A DNA stretch of 64,000 bases, taken from the IMG/VR virus record IMGVR_UViG_3300044641_005651. One strand, 5' to 3'. The notes under the pieces were generated by a model, which saw nothing but the letters and a program-made list of their open reading frames with translations, was not told the origin of the DNA and searched no databases. The stretch is from an uncultured virus (IMG/VR IMGVR_UViG_3300044641_005651) (Duplodnaviria > Heunggongvirae > Uroviricota > Caudoviricetes). Positions 9,454-16,711 of the stretch are shown in pieces; position 1 is the stretch's first letter; each line of letters starts with the position of its first letter. Position numbers and translations under genes: made by a program.

Positions 9454-9484
9454 TTTTCCCTCTAACGCGTAGAGTCCGGCAGCG

Positions 9485-9646
9485 TTAGCTACCAGACTCT
9501 TCATCCTCTCTAGACATGAGCTTATCAAGATCTTCTCGGCTGATCCAAAAGATTTGGCTGTCTACCTTGACTTGAGCATAACTGTCGTCAATGTGAACAA
9601 CTTGTCCTTTGTTGCCTTCTACCTTGATATCTTTAAAAATTTGCAC
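9485..9646 (-). CDS. Small hypothetical protein, 53 aa, not in the ORF track
   Basis: Manual translation VQIFKDIKVEGNKGQVVHIDDSYAQVKVDSQIFWISREDLDKLMSREDEESGS fills the gap between genes. Confidence 0.5.
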   Translation of the reverse strand: MQIFKDIKVEGNKGQVVHIDDSYAQVKVDSQIFWISREDLDKLMSREDEESGS

Positions 9647-9824
9647 GTTGGTAATACCTTAGCTTCTCTTTCTGATACTCACTTAGGTTTTTATATCCCT
9701 GCATACGAAGATGCTGAGATACTTCCCACTCTGCGCGGGCCATTTTAGCTTCTGTAAAGGCTGCGTTAACCTTTACTAGTGTTGCCCAGATAGCCTTTGC
9801 TACTCTGGTTATATACTTATACAT
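9633..9824 (-). CDS. Hypothetical protein
   Basis: ORF with AAGGAG RBS. Confidence 0.6.
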   Translation of the reverse strand: MYKYITRVAKAIWATLVKVNAAFTEAKMARAEWEVSQHLRMQGYKNLSEYQKEKLRYYQRANF

Positions 9825-9839
9825 TATTACTCCTTTGTC

Positions 9840-10145
9840 TCACCTTTCGGCTGAGACTTTCTTCCTCAAGGGAATTACCTCGTGGCAATGTTCACGATAT
9901 AGTCTAGGTAGATCCCTGGGACACTCGACGTCAGCTTTCCAAACTGGGGCTAGGCGCTTAGCTTTCAAGGCTGTTGCGACTAGTCTACCCATTTCATACT
10001 GCATCTGACTAGAAAAATCTAAGAGGTCATATCCTTTAGCCCACGGGAGACCTAGATATGCGTGCTGGTAACCTATCTTAAAAGGGTAGTTACCTTTGAA
10101 ATAATTTCGATCAGCTTTTACAAGCCTGACTTTACTGTTGAACAT
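9840..10145 (-). CDS. Hypothetical protein
   Basis: ORF directly after a TTGCTT-N-TATAAT promoter, probably leaderless. Confidence 0.6.
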   Translation of the reverse strand: MFNSKVRLVKADRNYFKGNYPFKIGYQHAYLGLPWAKGYDLLDFSSQMQYEMGRLVATALKAKRLAPVWKADVECPRDLPRLYREHCHEVIPLRKKVSAER

Positions 10146-10198
10146 TTTTATATTATATCTTTTTTAGGTATAATAAGCAAGAACTATATAAAAACAAA

Positions 10199-10272
10199 TG
10201 GCGACCTTAGAGAGAATTGAACTCTCGACACCTGTTAGACAGACAGGGATTTTACCACTAAACTATAAGGCC
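10199..10272 (-). tRNA. tRNA-Asp(GTC)
   Basis: Cloverleaf, anticodon arm cctgt-CTGTCTA-acagg, encoded CCA. Confidence 0.9.
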
Positions 10273-10273
10273 T

Positions 10274-10349
10274 TGGTGTCCCGAGTCAGACTCGAACTGA
10301 CAGAAAACGATTTTTGAGAACGTCGCGTTTACCTTTTCGCCATCGGGAC
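10274..10349 (-). tRNA. tRNA-Leu(CAA) lacking the long variable arm
   Basis: Loop CTCAAAA, short variable region, A73, CCA. Confidence 0.8.
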
Positions 10350-10352
10350 ATA

Positions 10353-10380
10353 AAAAAGGGACGAGATTACTCTCGTCCCC
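10353..10380 (-). terminator. Intrinsic terminator
   Basis: gggacgaga-gtaa-tctcgtccc followed by a U-tract on the minus strand. Confidence 0.7.
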
Positions 10381-10402
10381 TTAGTATGGACTGAGAATTA
10401 TC

Positions 10403-10849
10403 TCAGAACTTTAGAGCAATACCAGCGGTAACGCTCTCTCTAAGATCGTTGTTATCAACGGAGTTGACCCTACGATAACGTAGATCTAGGTCTAGAGTCT
10501 TAGTTAGTTCGGTACGAACTCCAGCTCCTAGGACATAGAGAGGCTTACTATCTAGAGACTCTAGATCAGCCCCTAGACCTACTAGAACATAGGGAGTAAT
10601 CCCAGTTGTAGGAATAGTAGCCTGAGGCATTACATGACCGTAAAGGTTATGCACCTTGCTGTCGACACGATACTCATAAGCACCCTCTACACGAAGATTC
10701 TTATTTAGATCTGTTCCAACAGCTAGGCCTAGGGTATTTTCCCTAGCTCCCTCTACCTGAGTTCCTAGATTACCAGCAACATATACGTCACCAGCTAGGG
10801 CAGAACTTGCAGCTAGAGAAGCTACAAGCGCGATTACATACTTATTCAT
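10403..10849 (-). CDS. Outer-membrane beta-barrel protein (OmpA-like 8-stranded family)
   Basis: Signal peptide, amphipathic strands (LRVEGAYEY, TPYVLVGLG), C-terminal Phe. Confidence 0.8.
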   Translation of the reverse strand: MNKYVIALVASLAASSALAGDVYVAGNLGTQVEGARENTLGLAVGTDLNKNLRVEGAYEYRVDSKVHNLYGHVMPQATIPTTGITPYVLVGLGADLESLDSKPLYVLGAGVRTELTKTLDLDLRYRRVNSVDNNDLRESVTAGIALKF

Positions 10850-10871
10850 TTATTTTTTCTTTCTCCTGATT

Positions 10872-10946
10872 TGGAAGCCCTGACCGGATTTGCACCGGCG
10901 TTGACGCCTTGAGAGGGCGTTATCCTAACTACTAGATGACAGGGCC
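10872..10946 (-). tRNA. tRNA-Glu(CTC)
   Basis: acgcc-CTCTCAA-ggcgt, CCA. Confidence 0.85.
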
Positions 10947-10950
10947 GTTT

Positions 10951-11042
10951 TGGTGGAGGCTACTCGACTTGCACAAGTTGTCCGGACTACCCCTACTGTT
11001 TAAGGACGCCCGTTTTACAGACGGGTGTAGGGAATAGCCTCC
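10951..11042 (-). tRNA. Atypical tRNA-Tyr(GTA) without a D-arm
   Basis: Acceptor GGAGGCT/AGCCTCC-ACCA, cccgt-CTGTAAA-acggg, T-arm present, about 30-nt variable region, no D hairpin. Confidence 0.7.
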
Positions 11043-11083
11043 ATGTTATTTACATTTTATCAAAAGCTTAACCATATAGCAAC

Positions 11084-11503
11084 TTATTTTTTATCTAAGT
11101 TAGACCAGTTAAGTATTTGATCTAAGGTCGTCGAGTATAAACCATATTTTGTTACTAGTTTATGAACTCTAGGGGCGATGGTATGTCTGAATAACATCTC
11201 CTCTTTGCGACTTTTTTCGACTAGAGAATAAGGTTTACCGGCAATATAAGCTCTCGCTAATTCCGTTGCGCGAGATTCATTTCTGACATCCCATCTACGA
11301 TGGGTTATCAACCCTAATCGTTTAATATGCAGACCATATAGTTCACGATGTTTTTTATATACTGTATCGGAATGAAGGTCTTCAGTTATTTGATGATAGA
11401 CCTTATAGTGGTCGATCTGTTTTTTAAGCTTGCGCTCTTCTCGTTTAATAATGCTAGGCTCAAACGCAAGATGCTTAGCTTTAATTTTTAGTTCTATACT
11501 CAT
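11084..11503 (-). CDS. Basic hypothetical protein, 139 aa, downstream of the amber leader
   Basis: ORF with GAGGAG RBS that lies within a predicted hairpin. Confidence 0.8.
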   Translation of the reverse strand: MSIELKIKAKHLAFEPSIIKREERKLKKQIDHYKVYHQITEDLHSDTVYKKHRELYGLHIKRLGLITHRRWDVRNESRATELARAYIAGKPYSLVEKSRKEEMLFRHTIAPRVHKLVTKYGLYSTTLDQILNWSNLDKK

Positions 11504-11505
11504 AG

Positions 11506-11548
11506 AATCTCCTCTTTTTTATAGTTTATAGTTGGAAAAGAGAAGATT
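11506..11548 (-). promoter_or_regulatory. RBS-sequestering hairpin
   Basis: AAUCUUCUCUUUU (11548-11536) pairs with AAAAGAGGAGAUU (11518-11506): 13 bp with one GU pair. Confidence 0.75.
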
Positions 11549-11584
11549 AGGAGGCCCTCTGGCCTAGGCTGTCTGCTTAAACAT
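11519..11584 (-). CDS. Leader peptide with in-frame amber codon: MFKQTA*(UAG)ARGPPNLLFSNYKL
   Basis: GAGGA RBS, ATG at 11584, TAG at 11566-11564, then codons for ARGPP, TAA at 11521-11519. Confidence 0.7.
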
Positions 11585-11597
11585 GTTTCCTCAAATT

Positions 11598-11671
11598 TGG
11601 TGCCTCTCAGGGGATTTGAACCCCTCTACTCCGTTTTAGAGACGGTCGCATAGCCACTCTGCCAGAGAGAC
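11598..11671 (-). tRNA. Amber suppressor tRNA (anticodon CTA)
   Basis: gtctctc/gagaggc acceptor, ccgt-CTCTAAA-acgg anticodon arm, GGTTCAAATCC T-arm, ACCA. Confidence 0.85.
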
Positions 11672-11681
11672 GTATTTAAAT

Positions 11682-11757
11682 TGGCTCCCCCGGTTCGATT
11701 CGAACGAACGACATTCTGATTAACAGTCAGATGCAACTACCGCTGTGCTACAGGGGA
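11682..11757 (-). tRNA. tRNA-Asn(GTT)
   Basis: tctga-CTGTTAA-tcaga, CCA. Confidence 0.9.
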
Positions 11758-11764
11758 ATATAAA

Positions 11765-11839
11765 TGGAGCGGACGATGGGGATCGAACCCACGACATACA
11801 CGTTGGCAACGTGCAACTCTACCGCTGAGCTACGTCCGC
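11765..11839 (-). tRNA. tRNA-Gly(GCC)
   Basis: Loop TTGCCAA, U73, CCA. Confidence 0.9.
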
Positions 11840-11840
11840 A

Positions 11841-12353
11841 TTAATTTTGTGGTAAAAGAGAAGTAGGAGGACCTAAAGTAGTCTGCCCCCACCTATCTGA
11901 TGGCCACATAGGAAGAACTGTTTGAGGTTTAGACTTTGCTTTAATAAGCGCAGCCATTTCCTTATATCCATCCGCAGTAGGATGAATACCGTCCTTACCT
12001 AATTTAACTGTCTCAATTAGTGTATCACTAAACATTGTTGACAAAGATTGCACAACATAGTTAGCTTCCTTATTACAGAATATATCATTACAAGGAGGAT
12101 TAATCCAAATAATATTTGAAGATTTAATCTTATCTCGTACAGATAGAATTTGCAATAACTGTTCTTGTAGAGTTAACCCTTTATCATTTGTTCCTAGGCT
12201 AACTACTACAGTAGCAGCTTTTAGATCTACATGACCGAAGGTTTTACTCCAGTTAGAACTACTAATACCAACAACACTATAATTTTTACATTCAGGATAA
12301 GCCATACTTATCCCTTTGGCAATACTATCGCCTAGAATAATGCATTCTAACAT
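11841..12353 (-). CDS. SGNH/GDSL hydrolase
   Basis: GDSI, LGTND and DGIHPT blocks; start moved to MLECII because the longer ORF overlaps tRNA-Gly. Confidence 0.8.
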   Translation of the reverse strand: MLECIILGDSIAKGISMAYPECKNYSVVGISSSNWSKTFGHVDLKAATVVVSLGTNDKGLTLQEQLLQILSVRDKIKSSNIIWINPPCNDIFCNKEANYVVQSLSTMFSDTLIETVKLGKDGIHPTADGYKEMAALIKAKSKPQTVLPMWPSDRWGQTTLGPPTSLLPQN

Positions 12354-12356
12354 AAT

Positions 12357-12430
12357 TGGAGCGGAGTACGAGATTCGAACTCGTTTAGCCAGCTTGGAAG
12401 GCTGGAGCACAACCTATATGCCAACTCCGC
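12357..12430 (-). tRNA. tRNA-Gly(TCC)
   Basis: ccagc-CTTCCAA-gctgg, CCA. Confidence 0.9.
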
Positions 12431-12480
12431 GTAATACGCTTAAATATGTAGTAAGATACCTACTACATATTTAAAAGTAT

Positions 12481-12554
12481 TGGCTGGGGAAGATGGATTC
12501 GAACCACCGTAGACGGTACCAAAGACCGCCGTCCTACCGCTAGACGATTCCCCA
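12481..12554 (-). tRNA. tRNA-Gln(TTG)
   Basis: gcggt-CTTTGGT-accgt, U1-A72, CCA. Confidence 0.9.
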
Positions 12555-12560
12555 ATAAAC

Positions 12561-12634
12561 TGGTTGACCTTTATGGACTCGAACCACAACTAGCCGGTTC
12601 AGAGCCGGATGTCCTACCATTAGACGAAAGGTCA
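12561..12634 (-). tRNA. tRNA-Gln(CTG)
   Basis: ccgg-CTCTGAA-ccgg, CCA. Confidence 0.9.
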
Positions 12635-12639
12635 ATATA

Positions 12640-12863
12640 GCTAGCTATCACGTCTTAGCTAGCACTGTCAGTATTTCGACTTGTCGCGACAAGTATCTGA
12701 CTATTGACTGAAAAACCTTCTTTCTGGAAAATACAGCCCAACACTATGTTGGTCTCAATAATGAAAAATAAGGTTAGTCAGTCGGTATACACACAAGCGT
12801 GACTCCAACACGCATTTTCGAGTTAAAGGCTCGACGTCCTATGGTTAGACGACAGTGTGTATA
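12640..12863 (-). ncRNA. tRNA-like element (TTT loop, extended acceptor stem, no CCA) followed by a multi-hairpin tail
   Basis: D, anticodon (tcgag-CCTTTAA-ctcga) and T arms at 12786-12863; further stems to about 12640. Confidence 0.5.
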
Positions 12864-12864
12864 T

Positions 12865-12939
12865 TGGTGGACCCTAAGAGATTTGAACTCTTAACCCCCG
12901 CCGTGCAAAGGCGATGCTCTCCCGTTGAGCTAAGGGCCC
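12865..12939 (-). tRNA. tRNA-Ala(TGC)
   Basis: G3-U70, loop TTTGCAC, CCA. Confidence 0.9.
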
Positions 12940-12946
12940 TTTATAT

Positions 12947-13075
12947 TAGAACGATTCTGAGTAGAATAGGCCGGCTCAGACTAGGCGCTAGATCCGCGCA
13001 TACCGCGGTGGAGGTGGAGGTGGGTGGGTATGCGATCGTTCAACTGTATTGCTGAACCTCACGTATCGGTTCGAA
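12947..13075 (-). ncRNA. Candidate structured RNA with a C-rich anti-Shine-Dalgarno-like loop
   Basis: Several nested stems; cgcatacc/ggtatgcg closes the loop CACCCACCUCCACCUCCACCGC. Confidence 0.5.
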
Positions 13076-13131
13076 TGTCTTCTAGAATTACGACTTTGGG
13101 CTTAAGGGCTAGTATCTAGATAGAACGTAGA

Positions 13132-13296
13132 TCAGTGCTGGAACTGAGGGCGGTGACGCACCAGGGTGCACTTGTAATGGACGGGTCGAGACTCCTCTAG
13201 AGCGTAGACCTTATCGAGAAACAGCTGAGCCTCGGCGAGGCTATCAAACTTACGGAGCTGCTTCATATTCTTAATTGTATCTGCAATCTTCATCAT
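13132..13296 (-). CDS. Small hypothetical protein, 54 aa, not in the ORF track
   Basis: MMKIADTIKNMKQLRKFDSLAEAQLFLDKVYALEESRPVHYKCTLVRHRPQFQH directly after a TTGCTA-N17-TATAAT promoter. Confidence 0.5.
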   Translation of the reverse strand: MMKIADTIKNMKQLRKFDSLAEAQLFLDKVYALEESRPVHYKCTLVRHRPQFQH

Positions 13297-13340
13297 GTAT
13301 ACATTATACGAAACTTTTGGGTAGATAGCAAATTTATTGT

Positions 13341-13505
13341 TTAATTGTGCCGGACTGCTACTACACCGGCTTTCATCTCATAGCCATTAATTTTCTTAGC
13401 GGGCCAAGGACGAAAACGTCTCCATTTAGGATTTTTTAGATCCTGCGTAGATGCGTAATATTCTTTAGGGAACTTTTTTAGTTGAATAACTGTTTCTTCG
13501 GTCAT
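13341..13505 (-). CDS. Small basic hypothetical protein, 54 aa, not in the ORF track
   Basis: MTEETVIQLKKFPKEYY..., coupled to the upstream gene by TAATG. Confidence 0.5.
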   Translation of the reverse strand: MTEETVIQLKKFPKEYYASTQDLKNPKWRRFRPWPAKKINGYEMKAGVVAVRHN

Positions 13506-13732
13506 TAGATTCCAATCACTTTATTAGCCATTTCTCTTGCCTTTTGGCGGTGTAGGCTTATATCACTGCCAAGATATACATAATTAGACTTATGCATAGG
13601 CATAATCTGTTTACTACGAGCTTGCGCTTTTAAGCGAGCTTGATGTTCTCCGCAACTAAGACAAATAGTTATCCCGAGAGCAAATCTGCCCTCGGGATAT
13701 TCATCTCCACAATCTTCGCAATATGCAATCAT
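13505..13732 (-). CDS. DksA/TraR-like C4 zinc-finger protein
   Basis: CEDCGDEYPEGR...CLSC. Confidence 0.6.
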   Translation of the reverse strand: MIAYCEDCGDEYPEGRFALGITICLSCGEHQARLKAQARSKQIMPMHKSNYVYLGSDISLHRQKAREMANKVIGI

Positions 13733-13772
13733 AAATATATTATAGTATATTTAAGACTAATCATCAAAAAGA

Positions 13773-13976
13773 TTACTTAAATTTTTCGTATGAATAATCA
13801 CTTACAGTCACATCGTAAGGTTTAGTGCTAACAACACCAACTTCTTCTGAGTGACCTATGGCTTTAAGGAAGTCGTTAAACTTATCTACCATGTAACCAA
13901 GATTAGGAGATCTAAAAGATAAGGTGATTTCGTTGTCGTCATCGTCTGAATAGTTAAAATTAATTCTAGGGTTCAT
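13773..13976 (-). CDS. Hypothetical protein
   Basis: ORF coupled by ATGA; FNDFLKAIG motif. Confidence 0.6.
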   Translation of the reverse strand: MNPRINFNYSDDDDNEITLSFRSPNLGYMVDKFNDFLKAIGHSEEVGVVSTKPYDVTVSDYSYEKFK

Positions 13977-14254
13977 GGTAGCTCTTCTATAGTAGTAAAA
14001 CCACTTCTCATTACTTGTTCATCGTTCCAATTCTTTAGATAATCATTATCTTCCTTAAAGAGCTTAATAGCATCTTTTTTAGAGATAACCCTAGAAGATG
14101 TTATAACATCTCCTAAGTGTTTTTGAGAAAATTCTTTTGCTTGTTCCATAGTTACAGTATCTTCTGCCCAAGAAGTTTTACCTTCTGGTACTTCTACTAG
14201 ATATCTCATGCGATGTTGAGATATTGTTTCAACAAGTATAAATTCAGTTTTCAT
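13973..14254 (-). CDS. Phage hypothetical protein
   Basis: LVETISQHRMRYLVEVP...EFSQKHLG. Confidence 0.65.
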   Translation of the reverse strand: MKTEFILVETISQHRMRYLVEVPEGKTSWAEDTVTMEQAKEFSQKHLGDVITSSRVISKKDAIKLFKEDNDYLKNWNDEQVMRSGFTTIEELP

Positions 14255-14330
14255 ATAATAATGATATCAAAAAAATAAACAGCTAGCTATTAAAAAATAG
14301 CTAGCTGTTGTATCAAGTGGTAATTAATTT

Positions 14331-15356
14331 TTACTTCATTGGTGTTAGTGTAAGAGCATTTTTACGCACAAGTTCTCTCTGTGTTTTCGTCAATGGCACT
14401 AGACCCTTTTTTTCAAGGTATCCATTCTCAGCCATGGAACGATCTGAAACATACTCAGCTATGAAATCTCTAATGCCAGGAATAACTTCAGCATGAGCAT
14501 TCTTGACATAGACAAACAAGGAACGAGCGACTGGATATTTCTGTGTAGAGATATTTTCAAACTCTGGCTCTACCTCATCAATCTTTAATCCAATAAGCTT
14601 GTCTACGTTTTCTTCCAAGAACGAGTATCCAAAGACTCCAATAATTAGATTGTTCTTGTTAGAAACCAGTCTCTGAACAATTAGATTATCATTTTCACCC
14701 GCCTCAATGAATTTGCCATCTTCACGAATTGAAGAGCAGGCAGCTTGCTTCTGTCTTGCATCCTGCAGAGACTTGATTTCATCGAAACTCTTGCAGCCAT
14801 GATCCATTACCATTTCAACAAATGCATCGCGCGTCCCAGAAGTTGGAGGAGGACCCATGACTTCAATTGGAGCGTTTGGTAGTTTAGGATCAATCTCATT
14901 CCATTTCTGGTAGAAATTATTTACAAGCTTACCGTCCTTTGGCACCTGACGAGCCAAAGCAAGCCAAACGTGTTCGCGTGTCAAACTAAAAGGCTTTACA
15001 TCCTTGCGAACCGCAAATACGATGCCATCATATCCAATCATTACTTCAGTAATGCTCGTTACACCATTTTTGGCGCAAAGTTCAATTTCTGATTTTGTGA
15101 TCGGACGAGACGCATTTGAAATGTCTGGGTGTTGTGTTCCTATACCTGCACAAAACAGACGAAATCCACCACCCGTTCCAGTAGATTCTACAATAGGCGC
15201 CTTCAGACCTGATGTTCGACTGAAATTTTCAGCAACCGTTGTAGTAAATGGAAAAACTGTCGATGATCCAACAGCACGAATTTGATCTCTTGCGTTTTGT
15301 GCATATGCCGTAGTACTAATTAATAAAATTGTAGTAGCTGTGATTAGTAATTTCAA
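14331..15356 (-). CDS. pstS: Phosphate ABC transporter substrate-binding protein
   Basis: Signal peptide; GSSTVFP, STGTGGG, NASR, SGTRDAF and YPVARSLFVY motifs. Confidence 0.95.
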   Translation of the reverse strand: MKLLITATTILLISTTAYAQNARDQIRAVGSSTVFPFTTTVAENFSRTSGLKAPIVESTGTGGGFRLFCAGIGTQHPDISNASRPITKSEIELCAKNGVTSITEVMIGYDGIVFAVRKDVKPFSLTREHVWLALARQVPKDGKLVNNFYQKWNEIDPKLPNAPIEVMGPPPTSGTRDAFVEMVMDHGCKSFDEIKSLQDARQKQAACSSIREDGKFIEAGENDNLIVQRLVSNKNNLIIGVFGYSFLEENVDKLIGLKIDEVEPEFENISTQKYPVARSLFVYVKNAHAEVIPGIRDFIAEYVSDRSMAENGYLEKKGLVPLTKTQRELVRKNALTLTPMK

Positions 15357-15381
15357 TGTAATCTCCTTCTTAAGATAATGT

Positions 15382-15415
15382 ATTATAGCATAAAATTATT
15401 ACAGGAATATTACAA
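15382..15415 (-). promoter_or_regulatory. Pho-box promoter of pstS
   Basis: TTGTAAT-attc-CTGTAAT (11-bp period) exactly 10 nt upstream of TATAAT. Confidence 0.75.
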
Positions 15416-15581
15416 ATTGAGATTTTAACTAGGATATCTATCCATTTCTTCTAGCAAAATTATTGCTTCTTGTTTAGTTATATTAAATTCTCGCATGACC
15501 ATTTCCAAAAAATCAGGTCTGCCTTGCACGAGATCGTAGTCTAGCTGTCTCCATGCTTGGTGCATCAATCTAACTCTGTCT

Positions 15582-15833
15582 TCAGCCGACATAACTATTA
15601 CCTAAAGAGTTTAGAATAGACCTAAGTTTATCATGCTCTTTGCAAAGAGTCTCTAGATCTATATAGCTTCCATCTTCTAAACAATAAGCATACTTTATCT
15701 GATATCTAAGCTGCCCTATTTGTTTTTCGAGAAATTCTATCTCTCCTACTACATTTTCTAAGGACTGTTGGCTATCGCGAATAGCAATTGCTAATTCAGT
15801 AATTCTATTTTTTAGGGTAGCTTCTCTTATCAT
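15582..15833 (-). CDS. Hypothetical coiled-coil protein
   Basis: ORF coupled by ATGA. Confidence 0.55.
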   Translation of the reverse strand: MIREATLKNRITELAIAIRDSQQSLENVVGEIEFLEKQIGQLRYQIKYAYCLEDGSYIDLETLCKEHDKLRSILNSLGNSYVG

Positions 15834-16357
15834 AGTTCGCTCATTGCTAACTTGGTAAAATCAGTGGCCTGCTTGCAAAACTCTTCCCTGAGAGGCTCTT
15901 GATCTGGCAGAGTAGAGTTAAGAAATTGCTTGCGTATCTTTCTATAAATGGTTTTAAAAATCTCACCATGAGGAGTGTCCCTAAAGTAATTAACCTTATA
16001 CAGATAGAACTGACTAGCATGGGCTATCTCGTGACACAGAATCATCTTTAGACCGTCCATCTTGTTATCTGTAAAAAATCCACCGATATCAGGATCTTTA
16101 TCAAATGACTTATACTCATGAACTCTATATGCTTTTACAGATGAGTAACTACTGCCGTATCGCTGCATAGCGATATTAATACCAGGGCCAGAAGAATACA
16201 TTCCGCCTCGAGAAGTAACTCGATGTGGAGACCAATCAAATTCAACCTTAGTCAGTTTAAATCCTTTCCAGACTCCGCCCTGAGAAATAGTCCAATCCTC
16301 AATATCTTTGATATACTGACGAGCTTTATCTTCACAAACTATCTTTAGCATAGACAC
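15830..16357 (-). CDS. SprT-like zinc metalloprotease-fold protein
   Basis: HEIAH plus downstream PHGEIFK. Confidence 0.6.
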   Translation of the reverse strand: MSMLKIVCEDKARQYIKDIEDWTISQGGVWKGFKLTKVEFDWSPHRVTSRGGMYSSGPGINIAMQRYGSSYSSVKAYRVHEYKSFDKDPDIGGFFTDNKMDGLKMILCHEIAHASQFYLYKVNYFRDTPHGEIFKTIYRKIRKQFLNSTLPDQEPLREEFCKQATDFTKLAMSEL

Positions 16358-16393
16358 ATTATCTCACATACAGAGTAATTTAGCAAGTTAAAA

Positions 16394-16711
16394 CTAAATA
16401 CTAAAAGACTTCCCACACCCACATCCAGCTTTTTGATTCGGGTTTTTAAGTTTCAAACCGCTGCTTCCAATAGTCTGTTCGTAATCTAACTCTGTCCCAG
16501 CTACATATAGTAAACTCATACTGTCTACAAAAAACTTACAAGTTAAAAGATCTATCTCAAAGTCATCAGGTTCTGCACTATCTACAAATTCATAGTTATA
16601 CACAAAACCAGAACATCCTCCGCCCTTGACTTCTAATTTAACCGCCTGCTTATTGTTTTCTTTGCATAGATACCTAATATAATCTCTAGCGATGGGAGTT
16701 AAGCTAAACAT
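16394..16711 (-). CDS. iscA: Fe-S cluster assembly accessory protein, HesB/IscA family
   Basis: GGGCSGF and CGCGKSF motifs. Confidence 0.9.
   Translation of the reverse strand: MFSLTPIARDYIRYLCKENNKQAVKLEVKGGGCSGFVYNYEFVDSAEPDDFEIDLLTCKFFVDSMSLLYVAGTELDYEQTIGSSGLKLKNPNQKAGCGCGKSFSI

Noticed and set aside
12988..13062. Minus-strand 24-codon ORF VRFSNTVERSHTHPPPPPPRYARI as a polyproline (EF-P) sensor
   Set aside because: No clear RBS and no downstream CDS to regulate; base pairing explains the sequence better. Not fully excluded.
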